A DNA stretch of 64,000 nt from Octopus vulgaris (lineage: Eukaryota). This document shows positions 26,143-40,800 of the stretch, piece by piece. Each line of letters starts with the position of its first letter. The stretch's first letter is position 1. Where the stretch lies: the NCBI GenBank assembly GCA_951406725.2, contig OX597817.1:145452001-145516000 (forward strand). The letters run 5' to 3'. The notes beneath the pieces were generated by a model. It did no database searches, had not been told where the DNA came from, and saw nothing but the letters and a program-made list of their open reading frames with translations. Both the position numbers and the translations under genes were made by a program.

Positions 26143-26826
26143 CGAGCTGCACCACTGTTAATGCTAGCAGCAGCTTTGTATTCGTGTTAGACTCCTTTGG
26201 TAGTTGTGTTTTAATGTAGGATTTTTAAAGCTTTCTTAAAGATAATTACCGTTCCCAGACAATTGTAGGAGGTGAATCTTGGCACCATAGAAACAATACG
26301 TTTTGAAATTCATTACTTCGACGAATCTACCTCATTCCTACGACATCTGTTTATTGTTTGTTTAGAGGAAAACTGGTTTCTTTGAAAAGCGTGGCATTGC
26401 TTGCTTCTCTCGTTTATTAATTATTTGTACAAAACCCAACTTTTTTCCCTTCCACTTTTCTTTAATTTTAGAATAGTAAAGAGCTGAAAAGAATTCTCTT
26501 TAGTATTTAGTGAAATTGCTGTATTTTACAACGATTCGAAACGGTATATTTAAAACTGTAGACCCACTTCTGTGTGCGTGTGTGTGTTAATTACGAATTT
26601 GGTTCACTGAGTGTCACTTGTACTTTTCTCAGTTTTCCATTTTTCTCTTCTCACCAAAATGACTGAAAGTTGTTCGCTTTGCTAACAGCTTCCTTCCTTT
26701 CATTTTTCTATCTCACCAATGTAAACAATACCATATAACTTTCCCAAATAATTCTAAACAAGAGGAAACCAAATATTTTTACAAGAAACAGCTACAGAAG
26801 CAGCTGTTTCTTAGCATTGTCAACAA

Positions 26827-26927
26827 ATGGCTACACTTGACTCCTTATCTACGCTAAACGGAATTTTGGAAGAATGGAATCGCACCTCAAAAGAGAGCAA
26901 TATGAACCCCGTTCCTATACTCACGAG
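26827..26927 (+). CDS. DCAF1: DCAF1 coding exon 1 ([10 protein letters not shown]...VPILTR)
   Basis: ATG at 26827, donor AG|GTTAGT; resembles DCAF1 N-terminus (LEEW...VPILTR). Confidence 0.92.
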
Positions 26928-29900
26928 GTTAGTATTTATTATTTTATTGAAGAATTTTAAAAGCAATGATAGCTCTGACATGTATTTCTATTTCACTGTT
27001 GATGCCGCTTGGGTCCATCACGTGTTTTTAACTTGCGCACATGTGAAAGTGTTTTGTTGGGGAAAGTCGATGGAGAGTATTTATAATTTTCATTTGATAC
27101 AATTTCTGCAATATCAGTGATCTGATTAACGCAGTTATTTTTAAGGTTGACGCAGAATTGATAATTTTTTTTTTTTGCATTTGTTTTTTTTTTGTTGTAT
27201 TTTTTTGTAATTCTTTGTCACCGATTAATTTTAATCAGTACTTTTGTTTTTCTATAATTTTTCAAAAGTCTCGAAGTAATTAAGTAATTAAGAGTTACAA
27301 CTAAATTCCTTTACATTGGGATCCAAATGTCTTTTGTGAAATTATAACTTCCGGTTTCTCATTGTTTACCCCAAACCGACTCCACAACTTGACATTTCAA
27401 TCCTTCAGTATTTACCCAAGTATTCTGCTTACACACAATGCAGTACATTCAGAGATATTAAGAATTATACATAATTCGTTTTTTGAACACTGGATCTCGA
27501 AGCGCATCGCACAAAACTATAAATAATAGCATGTAAATATTGTTGAAAAACCCTTTTTGGATAGAAAAAGTTGGACAGCCTTCGATTTCTATCCAAAAGG
27601 TATTTTTCAACACAATATTTACTTGCTATTATTTACAGCTTTATGTGATATGCTTCGAGATACAATGTTCCAAAAAAATAATTTATGCAACCATGCGTAT
27701 ATTATTTATATTACATAATATATATGTGTGTGTGTGTGTTCTTTGTCATACATGTTCAGCCAAGGTTTGAAACTTTATATTTAGGGAGCTAAAAAGGTAA
27801 ATACCGATAAAAAATACTTAGCAATCGAGTCGTGTTTGTTTATATATAATCGACTACAAGTCATTGTTTTGCTGTGGTCTACACATATTTTCAAAGTGTG
27901 GTGAAATTAATGAACTTTGTAACAATTTCATCGTAACCGATATTGATCTGATATTTTAAACTTCATAAAATGTAAATTTTACAGTAGCTTCTAATATATT
28001 TCATATAACTAGTTTTAAAAAAAACATCGTCCTTAATTATGCATAGCCTCAAGAGAACTAAGCTCGCTGATTCCCTCTGTCTACCGATTTTCCCCACCTA
28101 AAATGTGTCCAAAGTTGCCTAAGTGTTTGTAAATGCCGCCGTTCTGATAATTACGTAAACACTTGTAACCTCGCACGCAATCATGTATGCATGTTATGTA
28201 ATAATCTTACTTGTCACACTCATTTACCCCAGAGAACTTAGTTGAATTTTATATTGTCTGAATTTTCCGTCTTTCAGATTTACTAATCTCAATCATTTTA
28301 TCAGTAATTTCTATTGCCATTCTGCAGGGATTTATAGAGTTGGAGCTTTTTGTATGTTTCATGAACTCCGGCATACTCCAAAGATGTTCCTATTTTATAT
28401 CGGTGTTTTTAGGGGTTTATCGTCATCCTGTTTACATATTCCGACTCCGTTTATTACCAGCCAACAAAGGAGCACTTGATATGGTAGAAATAACAACTAA
28501 ATGTCTTTTATTATTGTTACTCTTGTCTTAAAAAGGAAGGAAGGATGCATTGGATAACGCAGTTCTCGCTGTGGAACGTCTTAAATTAAGATGAGATCGT
28601 CCCTGAAAATAGGATGGGCCTGCTCATTCATGGTTGACCTGGGATAAACAATTCTCTTTCTCTTCCAGTTGCAGACTTCATCCACTGGAAACCCCAACAC
28701 CTTGTAGGATATACATTACAGGTCTCTGGTAGATCTTAATATGAAAGGAGGGTGTCCTGTTAACTAGGAAATAGTAAACAATACCCAAAAGAACAGCATT
28801 ACGTGTCTTTGTTTTAAATCACCACTAATGCTATCTACTTGAAAATAGTTTCCAATTTAGGCATAAGGCCAGCAGTTTTGGGTGGAGTAGTCAGTACCAT
28901 TAACTCCAGCATTTGACTGGGCCGTTCAAGAATTTGGACCTGGAGATCTCCATTTCCAGCGACTTCGAGGGCCACCACCCAGTGGTGTCGGGCGTCAACG
29001 AAGAGCCCTCAACTACAACAAGACGGCCAAAGTTTCTTTTTTTTCCCAAGGTCTGGGGTCTCCCACCCCTAACCCCTAGACCATCACCTAATCACCCTTA
29101 TCCGTCTTGTTGCTTAACAACAACGGCATTTGACTGGTATTGTATCAAACCTCAGTGGGATGATATAAAATTCACTAAGATATAACAATAAATTAATTGA
29201 CAAAGAACCATATACAATACATAATTGAATGTCCAATATGGTATGTTCAAAATGTCACTACTTATCAGATGAAGAGGCTCTTAGGTTGGTACCAACCTTA
29301 TATCCTCAACTATAAAGCACTCCCTATCATTCACATAACTTGCTATATATCATCATAATCGTCTAACGTCCGTTTTCCATGCTGGTATGGGTTGGACGGT
29401 TTGAGGTCTGGAGAGCCAGCAGCTGCACCAGGCTCCAATCTGATCTGGCTATGTTTCTACAGCAGGATGTATATATATTTGAAAAAGGAAAAGAATGCTT
29501 TTACTGGTAGTTCAAATCAATTTAATTTTCTAATAATATGATATAATTTTACAGCTTGGTTTGTAGATCTATTGAGTTCTTTGTTAACTTTGATGGGGAA
29601 TTCCTTCTTAATTTTACTGAGCGAGAGGCCCTTTGCCACCAGCAGAGATAGGAGCTCTCTGATTCTTGTTGAAATATTTTTTGACACCACTTTTACTCAT
29701 CTGTGGGATAGAACATGGATGAATCTGATGTCCATCTACACAAAACTTTATAATCTGTCATTAAGATGAGTCCTACAATAATTGAGGAACAGTAATAAGA
29801 GAACACCATTAATCCCATTTTACTTGCTTTAGTTATTCCTTTTGCAAACCATTTGAATGTGAAAGGGTTATTTTATAAGAATGCACCCAATTTTCTGTGT

Positions 29901-32900
29901 CCAAGATCAAAGATTGCCTTAATGAAATTCTCTCAGAATGGTATGCTGAAGGTACATTATTCTTAAACCTTTAGATCTTCAGTCCAAGAGTAAATTACTC
30001 ATAATAGCCTGCTTCAAGGGTAAGCTCTTCCTATCAAGAACATATAATGGTTGACTATTTAAAAAGTAATCCGCGAGTCCAGGGGTCTCTCTTTGTGCCA
30101 CAAATGAAACCTGTTCTTTTAAATTCTTTATCTTAGTACAATTTAAGACATGTAATTCTCGACATTGCATGACTATCCAGGACACCATGTTTTATGCTTT
30201 AAGTGATGTATGTATCTAATACCACAATGGATTTTATCATGAATGCTTAATGATTTGCTTCTGAGATACTTCTTGCAGAACAAGATCACTAGCACACCTA
30301 ATTATTTCTAATTACCTCTTTAATACTTCCAGTACTAAATATGCTAACACTAACTAAAATCTAAGCCTGGCTGTCACTTAAGTTGTTTTAGGTGGCCAAA
30401 GTAAGGATGCTGCTGACATAGACACCTTCCAGCCTCTTCTTAGACCCAGAGGAAAGAGACCAGCTGTCAGCTAGTACTCATTTTCAACTGAGTGGACTAA
30501 AGCAATGAGAAATGAAGTGCTTTGCTCAAGGACACAGTGTGCTGCCTTGGTCCAGGAATGTGTGACTTTACAATCATTAGCCTAAGCACTAGGTGATATG
30601 TTTTCACTATCACCACATTGTGATTTGATCTGAAAATATACTTTACTCACAACCTTTCTTGACCTGACCTGGCATAAAGCCATCTCCCTTAGTACTACTG
30701 CCTCCCTCTCAGTTAAGGGGTCTTGTTTTGCAAGTTACTTGGTGACCTCACTAGTGCCTGTGCCATGTAAAAAGCACCCAGTACACTCTGTGAGGTGGTT
30801 GGCATTAGGAAGGGCATCTGGCCATAAAAACTACAAAAGCAGACATTGGTGCTTGGTGCAGTGCCCTGGCTCATTGGCTTCTGTCAAACTATCCAATCCA
30901 TGCCAGCATAGAAAACAGACATTAAATGGTGATGATGATGATGACTGCATGCTTTTTCAGCTTTGATCCTCTTTTAATCTGGTCTGTACCATGCTGAAGC
31001 ACCACCATAACAATACAAGTGAATGTTAAAACTGTTATAACTTAATATACATACTCTGAATAATTTATCTCATGGAGGACTTTCTAACTACAATAAAGTG
31101 TATTTCTGTTGAAATAAACAAAAATCGGCTTAGTTTGATCAGACCTTTGACACAAAGGTTATTGATAGAATGTCTAAAAATGGCTATCACATTTTAGTCC
31201 TGGTCCCATTGTGAATATTGATATAAAGTTATTGTTTAATGTCATGTTAACTCTGCTTGAGTAACGTGTGATTATGGGTATTCCAGTCCTGGCTGTCCTT
31301 TTTTTCTTTTTTTTTTTAATTAAAACAGCCTATACTATCTTCACCACTGAACTTTCTGATTAATTATTAGATAAAGGCTTCGTTAGTAGCTTGGCCACAC
31401 CACAGCAGGTATGGTTGTGTGGTAAGAAGTTTGCTTCTCAACTACATGGTTCCCAATGTGTGGCACCTTGGGCAAGTGTTTTCTGCTGTAGCCTCAGGCT
31501 GACCAAAGCCTTGTGAGTGGATTTGGTCAATGGAAACTGAATAAAGTCCATTGTTTAAATATCTATATGCGTTTGTCCCCCATCACCACTTGGCAATTGG
31601 TGCTGGTGTGTTTACATCCCCATAACTTAGTGGTTTGGCAAAAGTGACTGACAGAATAAGTACCAGGTTTTAAAGAAATAATAGTACTGAGGTCAATTCA
31701 TTTGACTAAAATCCTTCAAAACAGTGCCCCCGCATGGCCATGGTCTAATGACTGAAATAAGTCAAAGATAAGAGACCATTTTTCATATTAAGAAGCTAGA
31801 ATTTTCGCATTTTAATTTTCAACAATCTCTGTTACACATCCATAACAAGTGATTTTGTATTTGATACCATCTTACAGATTTCCTTTGTTCACTTGAATAC
31901 TTGCTCTGCTATAATACTTTCAACTATTCTGACTTCTCTGTATTTCTGTTGAAATTCCTTACCTTTATCTCAATTTTGAAAACCATGAAGAATTTAGTAA
32001 AATAACTTTCTGGCTATTAAGCTGGGGTTTGGAATGTAAATTAATGTGAAATTTTAATGGACAGTTTGACTTTTTATCGCTTTAAAACAGGAAGCTCGTA
32101 TCATAGAACCAAGTGTAGTCTCAGATAGGCTGACCTCAAAAGGGTTAAGTTTTTTTAGCTTGTACTATGATATAAATTTCAACTTTTTGAAGTGACAATG
32201 ACTATATTTCTGTTGACTAATCCATCATTAACATTGATTTCTTTCCTCCTACCCTTCATTTATATGCTCATTTTTTTATGTTGGTGTGGGGAGTGTTCTG
32301 TATACAGTTATCTCTCAGCTATTGCAGGTGTTACATTCCAAAACCCCATGTGATAGGTGAAAATCAGCAAAGTAGAAACAGTACTGTACTGTATATTTTA
32401 ATTTTTTTTATTTTTATGATTTGTATATATTTATTTTATTATAAATGCAAAACACCACCACAGTGGAATCGATGTAAGCTTTAATAATAAACTGCTTTTT
32501 GGTGAGGGATTACTGTATTTTGATATCCTCAAACCTAGACTGAATACTTGTAGTGGTCTAATGAGCATGATCATTGCCAGAGCAGCCAACAGTGGCACGT
32601 AAAAGGGCACCATTTGAGTGTGATCGTTACCATCGTCGCCTTACTGGCACCAGTGCTGGTGGCATGTGTAAAAAGATTCGAGTGAGGTTGTTGCCAGTAC
32701 CGCCTGACTGGCCCCCGTGCCGGTGGCACATAAAAAGCACCCACTACTCTCTCGGAGTGGTTGGCGTTAGGAAGGGCATCCAGCTGTAGAAACTCTGCCA
32801 AATCAAGAGTGGAGCCCAGTGCAGCCATCTGGTTGGCCAGCCCTCAGTCAAAATCGTCCAACCCATGCTAACATGAAAAGCGGACATTAAACGATGATGA

Positions 32901-35900
32901 TGACTCAAGGCACCCAGATGCTAAGTAGTGGGGTTTGTCTGTTAGGTTCATCTTAGTGTTGTACTGGCAACAACTTTACCACTGAACTTTCTTATTAATT
33001 ACCTTACTAGCAAACTCAACATAGTAAAGGCACATGGCTCAGTGGTTAAGAGCGTTGAGGTTGTGAGCTCGAATCCCGGACCGGGCTGCGTGTTGTGTTC
33101 TTGAGCAAGGCACTTTATTTCACGTTGCTCCAGTTCACTCAGCTGTAGAAATGAGTTGCGACGTCTCTGGTGCCAAGCTGTATCGACCTTTGTCTTTCCC
33201 TTGGATAACACTGGTGGCGTGGAGAGGGGAGGCTGGTATGCATGGGCGACTGCTGGTCTTCCATAAGCAACCTCGCCCGGACTTGTGTCTAGGAGGGTAA
33301 CTTTCTAGGTGCAATCCCATGGTCTGTGTCGTGACCGAAGGGGGTCTCCGAAACTCAACTTGCAATGCTGTGCTAAGGAAACAGTTATAAAATTGATTTG
33401 CTTCTAGCAAGAGGATGTCTGAACACAACTGATGATAACTAATCAACAAACTTTACTAATGTCTCAAATATATTGTATAATCTGAAGCTTTAACTTCATC
33501 TTTTGTTACTTTGGAAACATGCAGACTTAAATTCATAAAATGCATACCACAGAACCACCCCAAAATTAGACACCATAAACCTTGTCGAAGCCTAATTAGA
33601 TTACCTATGAGGAAAACCAAACAATATCAAAGTATGTGATCCCCACAAACTATGAGCCCACAGTGTCTTTCCATTTTACAAGAATGAAAGACAACCCAAA
33701 ATAACGAGACTAAGATAGAAATTCACAATCGAGCATAACATATGTGCTTTCCTGTCATCAGCTTCCCAAACAGATATCACTATGGTTTTGACACTTGGGC
33801 AATATTAGTCATTCTGGCAAAAATTTGAAACCATTATTATCACTATTAATACAATTTGTGATGTTATTATCAGGTCTGTAAGGGCAGTGCAGATGGTCGT
33901 GCACTTGCAATAATTAATTTTGTTGATTGCTGACTGGGTTCAAATCCTGCTGGTTATCTCCTACATTGCATTTTAGTCTACTGTTGGTCTGCAGGAAATA
34001 TTTTCTATATTCAGTTCAATAGACTACAGCTGCTGCAGCATTTCATGTGTATGTTGGTACAGATTATATGCAATAGAAATTTATACATGGTCAAGGGGTC
34101 ACCAATTGACCAGAGTACAAGATGGTATCAAAAAGTTCCTGGACTAATTTTGTTTAATAAAAAAAATAATTTATTTACCTAAGTTTTAACAACATCTTCA
34201 AAATAGTCACCTTGTGCAGCAATTCACCGGTCCGCACATTCCTGTTACTTTTGGAACCTGGCCTGGAAATCGTTTTCTGTAAGCAAGTCAAAGACCTGCA
34301 ATTCACTCTGGATCTCAGCAACTGTGTTAAAACAGCGACCATTGAGCTACATGTTCATCTTAGGGAAGAGATAGAAGTCTGCAGATGCTAAATCTAGTGA
34401 ATAGGGTGGGTACAGAAGCAATAGCATGTTGTATTTGGTGAGAAACTCACAAGTGAGGAGAGCTCAGTGACAGGGTGCATTGTCATTTGAAGAATCCAAT
34501 TCTTCTCACTCCACAGATCCAGTCACAATAAAACTCTCAATTGACGGCCTGGCCCTGGGGGACAAATTGTCAATGCACAATGCTGTGGGTGTCAAAAAAA
34601 CGAGCATGCTCTTGATTGAACTGCTGCTCTGTCATGCAATCTTTGGTTGGGGAGATGAAGGACTCTTCTATTGACGAGTGTTGTGTCATCTCAGGCTCAA
34701 TCCCATAGACCCATCACTTGTCATCAGTGATGATCCTTGACATGAAGGATGGGTCATCAGCTGCACACTGATGGAGATATTGACAGACTTTGACTTGTTC
34801 TTTCTGCTCAGTGGTCAGCAGACAGGAGACAAATTTGGCAAAGACATGCCACATGTTCAGTTCAGACTTGAGGATTGCTTGCACAGACCCATATGACATC
34901 AGCAATGTCATTGATTGTCCCCCAACAATCCTCACGCAAAGCTGATGGATTTTCTCCACATTTCTGGGGGTGATGTTCATGGTAGGTCTTCCAAATCATT
35001 CATTGTCTTCCAGGGATGTTCTTTCACAGTGGCTCTTTGTTCCAACTTCCTGTCCATGACAAAATCGCAAACTACAGAATCCATGTGATCACAAAAACAC
35101 AAATTTCACAACTTGCAAAATAAACACAGTGATGCCACATGGCACACTGCCTCAGTAAGGTTGTTGCTAGCTCTCACTGCGTATGCAACCATGTGCTGCC
35201 ATCTGTTGGTGCACCAGAGAACTAGTCCAGGAATTTTTGCTTAGTATGTATAGTTTTTGTGACAGCATATTGAAAATGTTAGCCTCTTGTCAATTAGTCT
35301 GCAATATTTTGTCATAAGATGTCTATACTTCTCAACATTTAATGATGGGAATTTCTTAAGTTCCTTTTCTCATCATTAAACAGCAACCACATTGGTTTAC
35401 GTACTCATGAGACTAAATCTAGTGCAGACATTTTGATGCGTTTCAGGACAGATCACTATTCTTCGTTAGCTCTGCTCACCTTAAGTACCAGATCATCCAG
35501 GAATGATCCCTTTTGACAGACATTGCATCATATCTGTAAGGAGATTTATTTCTCCTCTGCCTGTGTTTATGAGCCATGAGATAAACTCCTGCATCGAGGA
35601 GACTCATGATCTGAAAGTAGTTCATAGTTCATACTTGTAATTATTACTGGAAACATTCTTCTATCTCCTTTGCATTTAGTATTCACATATTTATAACCAT
35701 AACCCTTTTCATACTAACCTGCCTGAAACCACTCCAGGTTTAACAATGCAAACATCCTGTTTCAAAGTAATGTATTTGCTGATGTGTAAGATTTGCTTTT
35801 ATATTTTTAAATGTATCAAAATATTGCCCTATATTGTTTGTCACTGTATTACAGATGGGTGACTAAGTGTTATAGGCTATGCACAATAATTCTTACTAAT

Positions 35901-37799
35901 AATAAAATATTGAAAACAAACCAAAATATCAGTCTGTTAGCACAAACTTATGAAAACTTGTATATGGTATGTCACCAGTTATGTGGAAAGATCACATCAT
36001 CTCGTTCCCAGCATACATAGCCCACACCTGCTTTGTGTCCTACCATTATTTAATGATTCTGTTGCTTTTAAGAAAGGTTTTTAAAATTATCTAAATGAAA
36101 TTTCTCTGAGAAAGATGAAAGGAATATTAAACTTTCATCCATGTATCAGCTATTTGCAACCTGTTGATTACAACAAAACAATTGCAGTGGTGCACCACCC
36201 TGGTGGCCAACTGCAGTAACACGAAACATCACAGCCAGAAATACAAGTTTCACATCCTGTATGATAATTCTCTTGACCAAATTGTAATACAACAATACGG
36301 TTGATCTGAAAGATGACAAAGTTAAAATATGGTATTTGTATAATGCAGTTTATTTATAAATTTATAGCTTCACACCTTATTCCTGTATACTGCATAGAAT
36401 CATACATTATCCCTTACAAAACAACTTTAAGATACTCAATAAGTATGACAAAACACACTAAATCTGTTTACTTGTAAAATAGAGGTGTGTCTTATACAAC
36501 AGCAAATATGAAAATTCCATTCAAATTTTGTGTTAATTTATACTCCAAATACTAGCTTAACCTTCAGCATTTACATCAGCCATATTCAGCTCAATTATCC
36601 CGTTTTATGTTCAAACTGGCCATATCCAGCTTTTCACACCTACTCTACAATGTCACTCTAAAAATAAACTATCACATCATCAAAATCTTAAATATAAGGC
36701 ATGAATAATTCAAAACAATGTGAATAATAAGCATTACATTTGATAGAGTATTCTGTTGTGTCTGGGGAGAGTCATTTTCTTTTTGTGCCTTATAATTTAA
36801 CACGCTCACCGATAAAATTCCGTTGCGTCTTCAACCTTTTCAATAGTCTTGACACAGTGTAAATAATGAACAGTCAAGACTATTGAAAAGGTTGCAAGAC
36901 GCAACGAAAATTTTAGGAAAATAAAAATAAGAAATAAGTGGAAATTTTACCAGTGAGTGTGTTACATTATAAGGCACAAAAAGAAAATGACTCTCTCCAG
37001 ACACAACAGAATATGCTTCAACACACGAACTCATATAAAGAATCTTGCAAACCAAATCCAAAAACGAAATTTGATAGAGTAATTTGAATGTAAAGGGTTA
37101 ATAATGACTGTCATTTTTCTCCAAATTTCAAGAGCAATATAGTAACAAAATGATTAATCTTTTTGTTTCCTTTTTTTCTTTCTTTTTTTTCTCCTGAGAA
37201 TGCACCGTCTATGTGTATGAAATAACTTTTAAAATTATTAAAAATTTACAGTTTCTATCAACATAGTTGTGACTTTTTCATTTTGTAGAAGGAGGAACAA
37301 AAATACTATTTTAATTAGTTACATTCAGAGGGTGACAAAATTTAAGGATAAGAGAAAATCTTTACAATTGTAAAATATAATTAACTAACTCCACTGAAAC
37401 TGCCTTTGGTTCTTTGGTACAAATTCCCAAATAAAAAGCTTCCATCAAAATTTCATATCAATTTATATTACAAGCACTAGCTTATCATCATCATCATCGT
37501 TTAACGTCTGTTTTCCATGCTAGCATGGGTTGGACGGTTCGACCGGGGTCTGGGAAGCCAGAAGGCTGCACAGGCTCCAGTCTGATCTGGCTGTGTTTCT
37601 ACAGCTGGATGCCCTTCCTAAAGCCAACCACTTCATGAGTGTAGTGGGTGCTTTTTACATGCCACCGGCACGGAAGCCAGTCAAGGCGGTGCTGGCATCG
37701 GAAACGTTCGGATGGTGCCTTTTACATGCCACCGATGCAGTGATCACAACTACAATTTCCATTGATTTTTGATGTTGATGTACTTGACTCAATAGGTCT

Positions 37800-37843
<44 letters not shown>

Positions 37844-40800
37844 TTGTGTGTCTGTGCTTGTACCCCCAACATAGCTTGACAACTGATGCCAGTGTGTTTA
37901 CATCCCTGTAACTTAACGGTTTGGCAAAAGAGACCGATAGAAAGAATAAAAAACTTACAAAGAATAAGTCCTGGAGTCGATTTGCTCGACTAAAGGTGGT
38001 GCTCCAGCATGGTCACAGTCAAATGACAGAAACAAGTAAAAGAGTAAAGAGTAAAAGCATTTTGCCCGATGTTCTAATAATTTTGTTAGTTCACTGCCTT
38101 ATAATCATAGAATATTATAAGTAGACATTAAATTTATATGTACACAAACATTCAAACATAAGTACACTGAGATTTACAGAGGAGGTAAGAAAAAACTGAG
38201 ACTAATGGTGTTTTGCTGTACATGAGAAGACCTGCCCAACTAAATAAAATCTGCACCACCACAAACCTTCCCCATTACCCATTTTCCCAACACCCCTCCT
38301 CTACCCATGCTTACCACTGCATTCCCCTCTACTCACCCTCATGTACCTGAGACCCTGACAACTGACCAAGACCCTTGGCGATATAGTGTGCTTGAGAAGA
38401 CCTGTCAAACCAAGTGAGATCATAATTGTGACTGATGATGTTACTCAACTGGCACCCAGGCTGGTGGCATGTTAAAGCTTAATAATGACAAATTATTTTT
38501 ATAAATTCTTCATTTTCAAAGTTGATTGAAACTAAGGCAGTCTATATAATAAACTAATTTTTTCAACAGAAATTACAAATGGAAGGCAGTAAGCAGGCCG
38601 AAATGCTTAGTGATTTTTGTCTGTCTTTACGTTTTGAGTTCAAATTCCGCCAAGGTTGACTTTGCCTTTCATTCTTTCGGGGTCGATAAATTAAGTACCA
38701 GTTGCATACTGGGGTCAATCTAATCGACTGGCCCCCTCCCCCAAAATTTAGGGCCTTGTACCTAGAGTAGAACAGAATATATCCTTAAGGCAACGAGCAG
38801 GCAGAAACATTAGCACACTGGGTGAAATGCTTAGCGATATTTCATCTGTCTTTACGTTCTGAGTTCAAATTCCGCTGAGGTCGTCTTTGCCTTTCATCCT
38901 TTCAGGGTCGATAAATTAACTACTAGTTGCATACTGGTGTCGATCTAATTGACTGACCTCATCCCCCAAAATTTCAGGCCTTGCTCCTAGAGTAGAAAAG
39001 AAATTACAACTGAGTTAAAAAATATAATTCACTCCTGTCAAACTATCATCATCATAGAAAAGTATGATGATGACAAACAGCAGCAGCAAAAAATGTAGCA
39101 ACAGCCCTTGTTAAATTATCTATATATTATCTACACACAACTCTGCTTGAATAAAATGTTTTACTTCTATTTCATAGTTTTTTGTTTATCCGTAGGAACA
39201 GTGTCAAATTGTCAAAATATTTGTCCTGGTAACATTAAAAATGTATAAACTTGAACAAGCATTCTATTGTTGAAATGTGTAAAGCAATGAAAGAAAAAAC
39301 AATTGGTAAGCAAGCTTAAAAGGTTACTTATTTTTACTAATAATGTCCTTTCTTTTGTATAGGATGGCTGAGTTAATTGAAAAAGAAACTGAAGCATACT
39401 TTAAAATGGATCCAGATCCTTTTGATGATCGCCATCCAGGTAGGTTTGTCCTTCATAGTTATTTTCCAATCATGCAAACTTCTTTCTGTGGTAGAATATA
39501 ATTTATTTTGTTGAACTGCATTGTTTATTTAGTATGGTTATACATTCTTAACCCTGAAACAGTGGACATCAGTTGATGTTTCAAAGATTTTACATAGATA
39601 TAGCCCTCATCAATTGATACCTGAGCATCTAATTTGTCAAATGCACCTAGTGGGGGGAGTGGCCCTTGTGGGAGAAATCAAGTTGCAAGTGGAAGGTTTA
39701 TACAGAGATAAAGTTTTTTTTCTGACTTTCCTTCATCGTCAAATGAGATTCATGATGGTGATGATGCTCTAGGTAGCACAGGAGAAGATGATGCTTCAAA
39801 GAGCTTTGGATGGAAAAAGTACACTAGTTTTCTTCATTTGTACATGGCTGGTCATGGAGAAATATCTTGCTTGGAAACAAGCGAGGGTTGGTGACTGAAA
39901 GGGCATCCAGCTGTAGAAAATCCACCTCAAATCCTGTCTGACCCATGTGAGCATGGGAAGGTGGACATCAAATGATGATGATATTCTCTCAAGCTGAACA
40001 GTGTTCTCAAAGATTAACATGGATATCTTAGGGTAAAGAAGAAAATACAGTAATATATTAAAAACTGCAATAACTACATTGTTTCATACAAAAGATAATT
40101 GGTTATAACAAACTACATTCAAAAGAACTTCGTTAGATTTAACAAACCATCTTTTATATTTGATAAAATGTAAAGTAATATTTTTGTCTTCTCCTCAGGT
40201 ATTGCCAATCCTAATTGTACATTAGGTCACTTAATGAAAGCTCTTTTTATTAATGAAGCTTTTATGAGTAAAGTAAGTACTTTGACTTCATTTTGGTGTG
40301 TGTGTTGTATACTTAATTATATAAGTAATCATTTGTCTAGCAAAATTTTGGGAACAGGAATTAACACTGTTATAGCACAAGTCTAACAAAGAAAAGTTTC
40401 ATGATAAGTTTTATTAAATGAAAGGGTTTTCCCCATTATACATGCATGTTATTTGTATTTTGTTTTTTTAATGCTCTCATATGTCATATATGCAAATCCT
40501 TATAATAGTAATAATCATATTGTGCATACTGTATTCAGTGCTCATCACTTCATCAGAAAAAGAGTAAAAGTGGAGACAGAAAGTAGACATAAGTCAAATA
40601 AGAGAATGAAACAGAAAGATAGAAAAGTGGACATTAGCGAATCCAAAATGAAACCGTATATAGGTACATCAGGGGTGATGTTGGTAAATTCTAGAAAGAT
40701 GGAAATTTAAAATTACTCTGTTGTTATTATTCTTGTAATATTGTTGAAATATTGTGCTAGCATTAATTATTCTTATAGATGGAATTCATTTATAAACTGA

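Noticed and set aside
29540-30240. Possible decayed coding remnant in intron 1
   Set aside because: I could not recognise any motif by eye in the frames I read; a translated search would be needed.
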